Below, piece after piece: positions 53,701 through 64,000 of a DNA stretch of 64,000 nt. Source of the stretch: Gnetum montanum (Eukaryota; Plantae; Gnetophyta); the NCBI GenBank assembly GCA_015680685.1, contig MNCI01001219.1, positions 61,629-125,628 on the forward strand. The letters are read 5' to 3'. The position numbers and the translations under genes are program-made. The notes below the pieces were generated by a model. That model did not search any database and was not told the DNA's origin. It was given only the letters and a program-made list of their open reading frames with translations. Numbering within the stretch: position 1 is the first letter of the stretch; every line of letters begins with the position of its first letter.

Positions 53701-56700
53701 GACACAGCTATACGCTGAATACATTGTAGGTGATTTCGACACAAGGGATTATCATCCCACAGAAGTGCAATGTCAATGGAACTCACGACAGGAGAGCCAC
53801 CATGCATTGTTGAAGGGCAAAGGGGTCTTGCACGTCCTAAGCGAAATTGGAGATGGTGAACCAATTATAACAAGTTCTCCATCAAATGATGTTCCCCCTC
53901 CTAAAAATAGTGAGGAGGTGGGGTATCAGAACCTACACTACACAATACACAATCTTGGTTTTGATCCCCATGAACACCAAGTGTTCACTGAGGGAACACA
54001 GACACATGGCAAGGGTGAGCATTTTGATTGTCATCACGATCAAGGCAGGGATCACCAAAGAGAAGGTAAGAAACATCATCATGGCAATGGTTCCTCTTCT
54101 TCTTTACCTTCATCACATCATTCCCCCTCTCCTTCCACATCAGGACATAGTCATAAGGAGCACAATGGTGAGGATAAGGGTAAGAAAAATGAGAGACCTC
54201 GACAAGAGAGTCAAGAGAGAGGATGAGGGCACTTAAAAGAATCAAGGCATGGTAGAAGGGAAAGTAGGAAACCACGTAGGCATCATAGATGTCATGAGAG
54301 AGATGATCATGACGAACCCCTACTTGCCACCTAAAGTATGCTAGATATTATGGAGGTAGTTAGAATACCTACAAGGCATCAAAAAGATAGCTGGATCAAG
54401 AGATTAGATATGAATAATATCCCATGATTCAAAGGGGGATACAACACTAATCCGCAAAACCATTTATAGGCATTCCACGATGCCTATGCCTTGCAGAACA
54501 TTGAAAATGAATGGCAGAAGTTAAAGTTGTTTTCTAAGACACTCATAAAAGAAGCAGAGAGTTGGTATCGGTCCTTAGAACCGGAAACCATTAGGAGGTG
54601 GAGTACGATGTTAGAACTCTTCAACGATAAATACCAAACGTACTCCAAAGTGTCCAACTTGCATAAGTAGATCCAAGGATGGAAGCAGGGTAATCACGAA
54701 CCCTTGGATGATGCCATGGGTCGATATTATGCATTGCTACATCGTTGCCTGAGCCATGGTTACACACAACGGGATCAACTCCACCACCTCGTAGATGGGC
54801 TAAGACATGAAACTAGGAGAACCCTTGGGACATATTCCCAAGGGAGATTATTTGAACTTAGATCCCATGAAGTTCATCAATTGTTGGAGAAAGTAGCTAA
54901 AGAAGAAGGGGAGATATGGAAAAAAGAAAGTGTGGAAGAATATAACCACGATCCTTCCCTTCGAAAGAAGGGAGTGAGATTCTGTGATGCAGAGGATGAG
55001 TCACCACTCGAAGAGTTGGTGAATAGAAAAACCTTGTCACTTTAGAAATTAACAACATAAGTGGCAGCTAAGGTAGATTAGATACCAGACTCCTTAGATA
55101 GTAGACTTGAACTTGTCTTGAAAATCATAGAGGAGTCTAAGGAGGAATGAAGTAGTGACCATGACAAGAAAAGTGGTGAAATGCGCGTGACAAAGGTAAG
55201 GGAAAAATGACTATTGCCGATGAGGTTGTGGATTTGGATACAAAAAATGATGGTGGATGTGATCTGCCAATATGACCATCCTAAGGGATGTTACCCAATA
55301 ATCTCACATCTATAAGAGTCTGGGGTGTATGCACTCAACCCAAGACTTAACAGACGGCAGGTACCCCGAAGGTTACCTTATCCCCAAGGTAACCCAAGGT
55401 AGTTCCACCAACCATTAACGTATTATCCAAGTGGAACTTTACCACAACCTATCAGGCAACACTAGTAGTGGCAACACCCATAGTCATGGGGGATGCCACC
55501 GCCTAGGCAGCAATACCCTTATCGACAACCAGACCCATATGGCTACTATGTGCAGCAGCTAGTTTCTCCAAGTGACTCTATGGGTCACGCAACCCCACAA
55601 TGTCACTACCAAGTTCGAGAGTATTTTAGGACTCCTTCTCCTCCGGGAGACACACCATAGACATAACATCCTCCGAATCCATCCGTTGCTCTTACGCTTG
55701 TAGTTCCACTACCTCCCACTCCAACAATGCAAGGGGAGCTCCCTACTCAACCGCAACAACGTAATGCTACGAGAGCTGTAAACCTTCAACCCGCTGCTAG
55801 TTTTAACAATCAAAAGAAGAGAAGACCTTTCTTCAGAACCAGAATCCCAAAAAAGCTCTCACAACCACAAGCGTTTGAGTCTATGACCACTCCTCGAACA
55901 ATTAAGGCTTTGAAGCTCCCTTATAACCAACAATAGAGCTCAATGCATACGATTATGTTAACACATACCGTTACCGACTGGATCAAGGTAGGCCACCTTC
56001 CCAGGAAACTCTCTGACCCTGGAAGTCCCTTAATCTACCTCCAAGTTGCTAGGAATGAACCTCATAAGGCTCTTCTTGACTCAAGTTCTAGAGTCAACTT
56101 AATCTCATGAGAAATGTATCAAGCCTAGAACCTGCCTCCACTTAAGAAGAGCAATATTCAACTAGAGCTGGCTAACTAGTCCATCACCATTCCCTTGGGA
56201 TTGGTGGAGGACATCATTACCACTCTGTGTCGTTGGTCATACCCAACTGATTTCCTGGTGATAGAAGTCAACAGCAACAAAGGGAACTTCCCAATTATAA
56301 TGGGAAGGGCATGGCTAAGTACAATAGATGCATGCCTAGGAATCCGTGATTTTCCTTGGAAATATCTAAGGTGAACATTTATGGAAAGATTGAGAAGAAG
56401 AAAGTTCCATGCATCACATACAGTGACTTAGAGGGTGATGACATGGAGGAATGCTCAGCACCTCCTACATGTAACTGGTGTGCACAAGAAAATTAGATAC
56501 AAAGGTGCCTGTATGTAGCAACCACCTATGCTGATCATTCAGAGGCCCTCAGTTCTTTTAAGTTTTTGTTTTACACATTTTTGTTTTGCAAATTTCTTTA
56601 ACTTTTTTTGTTTTTGTTTTACAACATCATTCATACTCTTCCATTTCTTATGTGTGTTATCCATCTTGTAAGTTTGTCACTAAATAAGTGTTCTTAATTA

Positions 56701-59700
56701 TGGTATGAACTGTTTTTATATTGATTGCTAATGTTTGGTTTTTACCTTTAAGTCATGATGTTGATACTAAGGTATGGTTCTTTTGATATAGCAGGTAATG
56801 AGTCCCCTTCATCCATACATCCGAAATTTTCTATGGTCTCTCTCAGCTTGGAAATGTATAGTTCCTTTCTAAATANTTCTATGGTCTCTCTCAGCTTGGA
56901 AATGTATAGTTCCTTTCTAAATAAGAACTATAATGAATCGGTAATTGAGAATTTCTCAAACTAACGAAGGACTCAAGGATTGAAAAGGGTGTGGCTTCAA
57001 GGGAACTTGATGCATTTGTGTTGGTCATTCTCTTGGGTGCTTGGATGTGTTCTTCTTGAGTTTTCTTACCGTTTCGATGTCACCCAATTATTGGAAAGCT
57101 GAGAAAATAAAAATAAAAAAGTCTTTGCATGGTGTGGTTCTCATGCATAAACACATAAAACAAAAAGAAAGAAAGAAAGAGAAAAGTGAGAATTCAAAGC
57201 ACACCCCTTAGACGAAATAATCATTTGGGTTACAATCACTGGTTATGGAACTAAAATAAAAATGTTCCCTCTAACTAAGGCCCTTATTGCTCCCCATTCT
57301 CTCCTCCATTTCGTCGGAATGGTGGTGGCTCTTTAGGGAAGGCATTCTTGTTACTTCAAGGGGATGGATTCGTCGAATGCATTAACGCGAAGTCACTGGA
57401 TGTGGTTTTTTTGAGGCTGGACTTAGAATGGGATCTGCTAAGTCACATTAACCATGAACTACACAAGGGGCTGTACACCACCTTGTTCTTGGGATTCCAT
57501 TCCATTCTCTTCTCTCCATCCTTCTCTCCATTGTTCACCTCATTTTCGGTTGTATCATTAGTCTATATTTTGGTTGATGCATTGTTTTCTTTTTGGTAAA
57601 TTCTTGCGGTTATGACTTTAAATCTTATTCCAAATGAAATTCCCAGAGCCTACGGACTCTTTGAATGTGGGTTTGTTAGGGAATTAAGGGCATGAGCCTA
57701 CTTTGGGGAGGATCCACTGACATTCCTATTTGGTGCACCAATTAAATTCTTTCCCTTAACATTTTTGCAATCAACTTTATTTTGTTAATTTCCATCTTGA
57801 CATCCATTTCACGGACGTTATAGTTGTCTCTTTTTCTCCATATTTCTTATTTTTTTTCTTTCTCCATTCTATCGCTACTGAAGGTTCACTCTTAGTAATG
57901 GGGGTCTAGACCTAAATTTTTTTGATTTTCTCCTAACCCCTACACCTTCAGTAGTCACCACTATGATATTTCCAGATCCATATCAGGCATACCACAACTC
58001 AGCCAATGGACCTTTCACCGAAGCAAGGTATCAATTGCATTATGATTCATTTACCCTTACTAATATAAAGACTATGTTGTGTGTGTAGATGGCAATCATG
58101 CAACAAAGAATTGGATCTGGAAGGAACACTTGGAATGGAGCGGTGCTGAAGCAGCTATGCAAGGAGCAAGATCGATGGCACGCTTACAGATAGATAACGG
58201 AAGGTGCAATCTTGGCGTTGGCAGCAACAAAAATTCTTTCTCTCTCTTTCTCTTTCTCAGCTGCCAAATAAGGCATGATGTCAAATGTATAAAGTGTTCA
58301 CTCTTGTTTTCATGAACACCAGTTTTATCTTGTTATGTAATGATGATCCATTCACATGTCATCCCATTCACCATTAGTTCCATTCAAGTCAATAATCTCA
58401 TTCCTTTCCAATATTTTGTAAGGAACTCAAGGACGAGTTTTTATTTAATCATGGGGGTATGATGGGATGCGATATCGCATGGGCTACGATATTGCATCCC
58501 CCACGATATCATGTCTTCCCCTACAATATCGCGTACGTGATATCGCTGCACTGCCAAATCTATAAGAGGCGACTCTCCCTTGTTTCTCAATTTAGGCCTA
58601 GATCGTAGTGAAACTCTGGCAGTTTTACCTCTCCAGAGATAGAATAATTTCCATGTGCCCACAGTAGGAGCTCCAAAGTGAACGGATCTTTATTCGAGCA
58701 AATATTGTACCTGAACACAAGTTTGTGTACAGAAATAAAGACGAACTTCTTGGATAAAGCTTGTAGTGCATGGACTAACCTAGATAGGACTTTATTTATT
58801 GCTAATATTTAAATGCTTTATTAGTTAATTAAATCTCTCTCAACCCTTCTCCCATAGTTAAGTGCATTCAGTACGACCACTTCGAGCACGTGCATTACGC
58901 TTGGTGATCCCAGTAACGAATAGTGTTTGGTAACCAAGGTTGCATTGGTTTAGGGTGTGAACGGTAAGTGGGAACGAATACTGATGCTAGGTTAATTAAG
59001 GCTTAGCTAGTTAGTTAAAGTTAGTTAATTAGTCTCTTCACCTTCACCTCATTAGCATAGAAGATAAAACAGAAAAGACATAAAAATCATATACCTCAGA
59101 CTTAACCATACAATCGTGAAAAATACAAGTAAGTTTGGGAAGACAACGAACGATTAACCTTAAGTTTTCCATGAGGCGTGTAGGCACTTAGTCTATGGAG
59201 TTCAACCGGATCATGCGTGTAACGCTCGTATTTGTATGGTTGAGTGTAGGGGTACCTCGCCACTCATCAATTATCTACATGGTAAATAGAGGTGTCAAAG
59301 TTTTCAAAGAAGTAATGTTAAACCTCTTCAAGTATTAGAACTGATACATAGTGATGTATATGAACCAATTAAAGATATTAAAACAAGTTCTCTTGGAGGT
59401 GCTATGTATTATGTTCTTTTATTGATGATTATTCTAGAAAGAGCTGGATTTATTTATTAAAACATACATTTAAAGTATTTGGAAAATTCATAGAATTCAA
59501 AGCTCTAGTTGAGAATTATTCAAGAAAGAAAATCAATATTTTATGAACTAATAATGGTGGTGAGTTTTTCTCAAATGAATTTAATGCTTTTTATAAAGAA
59601 CATGACATTCAAAGACAAAAGACTATTCCTAGGACTCTTGAACAAAATGGAGTAGTAGAGAAATTCAATCAAACATTGATGGAACATGCTAGATGTATGC

Positions 59701-61059
59701 TCAGTGAATCTAATCTTGACAAGCATTTCTAGGATGTAGTAATGATTGCATGTTATCTTATCTATAGATATCCTTCATTAGCTCTTGATGAAAAAGTTCC
59801 AGAGTAAGTTTAGAGTGGTAGGTTCATTAATTTGAATTATTTGAAGATTTTTAGTTGTGAAGCCTATCTACATGTTCCAAGATCTGATAGATCCAAATTA
59901 GACTCTAAGTTTGTTAAATATATTTTTCTTGGCTATGGACATGGTGTCAAAGCTTATAAGTTGCATAACTCACAAACTAAAAGGATTATTTATAGTCGAG
60001 ATGTTATCTTTAGATAAAAATGTGGTTCTATGAAGGAGGAATCTTCAAATACTAAAACTCCTTCGAATGATGTAACTCCTATTTATGTGCCTATTGAAAT
60101 TAAGAATGAAATTTCTAAGGGTCATCCTCCCTTGGTTGGGGATATTACCCCTAGTGAACAAGATGGTGATAACATGTAGATGAAGATACAACACATGAAG
60201 GGGGAGAATATAGTTTAAGTGAACAACAAAGTGAATAGGATCATTTAAGATGTTCAACATGTATACAACGATTACCTTCACATTTAGAAGAATATGTCTT
60301 GTTTACTAAAAATAATGAACCATCAACATACGATGAGGAATGTTCATCTAATGCAAAATTCAAAGTGGAAATAGGCAATGGATGCTAAAATGCCATTAAT
60401 TTACAAAAATAAAACTTGGAAATTAACTGAGCTTCCATCAGAGAGAAAACCCATTGGAAATAAATGGATGTATAGAATAAAATCTGGGAATCAATACAAA
60501 GCACAACTTGTAGCCAAAGGATTTTCTTAGAGAAAGGAGATTGATTATGATGAAATATTGTCTCTAGTAGTAAAATTAACATCCATAAGATCATTTTTGA
60601 CTATCACAGTTGTTTATGATCTTGAACTTGAACAAATGGATGTGAAAACAACATTCCTCAATGGTGATTTTGAGGAAGAAATATATATGCTTCAACTTGA
60701 AGGATATGAAATTAAAGGAAAATAGCATATGGTGTGTTGATTATTAATATCACTATATGGGCTCAAAAAAGCACCAAGGATGTGGAATAAAAAGTTTAAT
60801 GACCACATGATAAATCTTGGCTTCATTAGAAGTGTAGAAGAATCCTGTATGTATATTAAAAATACAAGTGAAAAATATGTTATCTTGCTACTATATGTTA
60901 TAACATGTTAATAACAAGGAATAACATACATGATATCCAAGAGTTAAAACTTCATCTATAGTCTCAATTTGAGATGAAGGACCTTGGTGTTGTACAAAAA
61001 ATTTTGGGCATGGAAATTAAAAGGGACAAGGCTAATAAAAGGCTTTGTCTTGGACAGTT
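50796..61059 (+). mobile_element. Ty1/copia element (Tnt1/Tork-like), decayed, interrupted twice; 3' end beyond the window
   Basis: LTR 50796-51137 (TG..CA); degenerate iMet PBS 51140-51157; gag KFNGSNYELWKIKM (51203); CWNCGKVGHIKKDC; WYVDSG; LWHKRMGH; ELIHSDV; QMDVKTTFLNG; FEMKDLG. Confidence 0.93.
52518..59269 (+). mobile_element. Athila-like gypsy element with gag and protease only, nested in the Copia
   Basis: LTRs 52518-53289 and 58460-59269; perfect TSD ATTAT (52513-52517, 59270-59274); tRNA-Asp-type PBS 53291-53308; gag 53435-55050; PR ALLDSSSRVNLI ~56070; no RT/RH/INT seen. Confidence 0.92.
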
Positions 61060-63771
61060 TGCATAAGGGTTTACACAGTGTTTGCAACATTTGCGATGCC
61101 TATGGAGGTGAGCGTAGTTAGAGTTTCTAGTGCAAAACGAAGGTGCAAACATGCAAATATATGCAAAAATAATAAAAAAATGAGAGTAGAATGATAAATG
61201 CAAGAGAAAATGCTAAAAATGTGCAAGATGTGAGTGAGAGAGAAAGCAGCACCACCCCAAATGGGGGGTGCATAGTTAACTGCAACAAAAGGTGAGGAGG
61301 TACATGATGTACAAATAGGCATAGTAGGTAGTGTAGTAATAGTCTTAGGATGTTTGGGCTATGAAAATTAATGTTCACCATGAAGTATGAGCTTGCTGAT
61401 TGGGTTGCTATGGTGTCCTACAGGTTGTGGTGGGCTAGGCAGTGTACAATGGTGCCGTGGTGTCCCACAGTTCATCAAAATGCCAAGTTCACTTAGGTGT
61501 CAAAGGCTAAAATGCTAGTTGAATTTTCAACCAAATGCTTTGAATGCTAACCCCTAAAATGTGAAGCATTCGAGTATTTATAGGCCTAGGGTTAGTGTGA
61601 GTTGCAGATCAAGTGCCATGTGGTAGAGGGGTAGTTGGGACTATGCTAACCCCAACTACACTCTCACTAAAGCCAATGGTGTTTTGCTAGTATGCTCCAA
61701 TGGACCCTATGAAACTACTAAACTATGACTATGCTACTAAGGCTGCATGTGTGCATGCCAGAAAAACCACAATGTACCTAAAAATAATGCAAAATCATGC
61801 ATTTTTGAAGACTATGCTCCAAGACTATGTTGTTCACTCCCTCGAGTGGTGTCAAGTGTAGGTACAATTTTGGGGCAAATGGGGGATGCAAATGGAATGC
61901 AAATTGCTAATCTTGCTTGTTGAAGGAATGTTGGAGCTGAGATGCCAATCGGTGCTAAGTTCTAGAGGCTTCTGTAGGCAATTTTGCATGACTACGCTTT
62001 AAAGCATAGTCCAACAAAGATAGACTTTGCAAAAAATGTTTTAGTGCAGACTACGCTAACTATGCTTTAGAGTGTAGTCTTGGAAGGGAGAGTGTAGCCT
62101 TGACATTAGAAAAATCTAGCAAAAACTATGTCTTCCTGCATACTATGCTAGCTATGCTCTGGAGCGTAGTAGAAGGCATAGCCTCAAAAGTTAAAAAATT
62201 TGCTAAACTATTTCTTCCATGCCAACCCATCTTGATAGCTTCTAGCTTGACACTTAGGTGAACTTGAAAAATTGGTCATTTTTGTGCTGGCTATGCTAAC
62301 TACACTCTAGAGCATAGCCCTGATAGGGAGAGCGTAGTCAAGACACTTAGAAATTTTGCTGCTATTCTTGATACTTAGAGAAATTTGCAAATCTAGATGG
62401 TTTGTGTAGACTACACTGACTACACTTTAGCATGTAGTTCTAGCAGTGGGGAGCATAGTCCCAACACTTAGAGAAACTTTTCCAAGTTTTGACACTTAGA
62501 CAAATATGCAATTGAGACCTGAGAGCCCAAATTTGGTGGTGTTTCATTGGCCCCTCTTTGTTGATGTCTAGAGGAGTGGCTCAAGAGACATCAACAAAGA
62601 ACATAAAACACTATAGTAGGCCCACCACCAACACCACTCATCAGTACTTGATAGGATGTTACTTCACCATGCTCAGGAGTGCTAAGGGTAATGGTATGTT
62701 GGAGATAAAGGGTGTAGGGAATGCATTAGGGGATAATAAGAGGAATGAAATGCAAATGTTGTAATCCTATAAGATGCGACACCAAGGTGTCTTGTTGCCA
62801 AAATAGTGACCTCTTGTCAGAATGCTTATGAGAGAGTCATTGTCCATCGCACCAGAATAGTCTACCCCTAAAATTATGACCTCTCATTGGAGTGCTTATG
62901 AGAAGGTTAATGCAAATTCATGGTTGGAGTAGTTACAAAATTAGAGCTCTGCTAAATTTTTCTTGGGGATATGTTTTGCCTTGTTTGCCTTGTTTGCTTT
63001 TTTTTTCTTCTTTTTGACTAGGTGGGGAACCTACTTTGGATTCTACACATTGTGAGATGCTAGATGTAGGATGCTTTTTGTTAGGTGGGTTATGTGCCAC
63101 CTAACGGGCTTTGCTCTAGTGCAATCATGTTGCATCTATAGGATAGGTGTTTTCTCTCTGGGATGATTTGTGTTACATTAGCTTGGGCTTTGACTAGCTC
63201 ACAGAGGCTCCCCATTGGATGAGTTGCATTACAACCACTATGGGTTCTGTAGTTGATGTAAAGAGGGTGCCATGTGCATTGGAGGGGTTGCAAGCTTAGT
63301 GATGTAGTGGAAGGTAAGGAAAGGCAAACTATAGCTAGGAATGTGCACTTTGGAGTGGCTTGGATAGTCCAATAATGCACATCAGAGTAATGTGATGACT
63401 TGCTGCTATAATGAGATGCATCTCTACATGACTGCCTTTGGGGATTTTTCTTGCAAACACAACTTAGAGAGAATAAGAAAACAACCACACAACATGAGAT
63501 GAGAGTAAATTGTTAAATGCAAGTGTGTTGTAAATGTTGCAATAGTTGGACTAGTTGCAAGAGCTTGAAGAGCTAGTGTAGGAAAACTAGTGTAAGTGCC
63601 GAAGTGAGAAGGCTGTAAAAGCTTCAATGGCCACATTGTTAGAAAGTGCTCAAGCAATGGCAAGAGTCCAAAAGAGTTGATGGGATGATGGAAACCTTAG
63701 TGCTACCATTGCTCCAAAGGGTTGTGCTGATGATGAGAGCTCCAAGCAATAATGAAATGCCCAAGGCTAGT
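61060..63771 (-). mobile_element. Second Tat-like element: 3' LTR (61060-62546) and 3' internal region, nested in Copia RT
   Basis: LTR end/PPT gtgtttca-ttggcccctctttgttgatg is nearly identical to 2735-2762; Copia RT frame stops at ~61059. Confidence 0.75.
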
Positions 63772-64000
63772 TGATGAGTGGCAAGGTATCCCTACACTCA
63801 ACCATACGAAATGAGCGTCGCACGTGCGATCCGGTCGAACTCTATAGATGGACTAGTTGTGGCACCTAGATATTTAGCCTTAGGTTGTAGTTCGCTATCT
63901 TCCCACCTAGACTAGTTTTGCATATGTCACGTATGGTTTAATCTAGATGAGGTGTATGATGTGTTCTAATTCTAACGCTACTCTTGATGGCAGTGGAAAA
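63772..64000 (-). mobile_element. LTR of another Athila-like copy, running off the window
   Basis: tgatgagtggcaaggtatccctacactcaaccatacg is the reverse complement of the LTR ends at 53289/59269. Confidence 0.85.

Noticed and set aside
56829-56923. 47-bp direct duplication
   Set aside because: The copies flank a single N (56876); most likely a contig-join artefact

Overview
Land-plant nuclear DNA (species not identifiable from sequence), mostly decayed, nested retrotransposons around one intact host gene. (1) An old minus-strand L1-like LINE runs in pieces from ~39700 to 1. It is split by a Ty3/gypsy Tat/Ogre-type element (1693-18363, -), an Athila-like element (18593-31013, -) and a small LTR element (32431-38804) that holds a younger plus-strand LINE (32631-37327). 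(2) A tandem duplication left a 5' stub (41249-41393) upstream of an intact, intronless GH28 polygalacturonase (44302-45552). A third paralogous promoter (50445-50790) is cut just after its TATA box by a Copia element, which itself hosts Athila-like and Tat-like insertions up to the window end. The strongest novelty candidate is an apparently shared accessory-protein system. The Tat element carries a ~940-codon antisense gene with 7-8 introns in a 5.3-kb spacer between protease and RT, flanked by the same short motif that forms a repeat-spacer array in its 3' UTR. A domain resembling the 'putative plant transposon protein' (Transposase_32-like) appears in that gene, in the Athila extra ORF, and fused in-frame to the C-terminus of the young LINE's ORF2. 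All domain calls are by eye and need HMM or structure confirmation.
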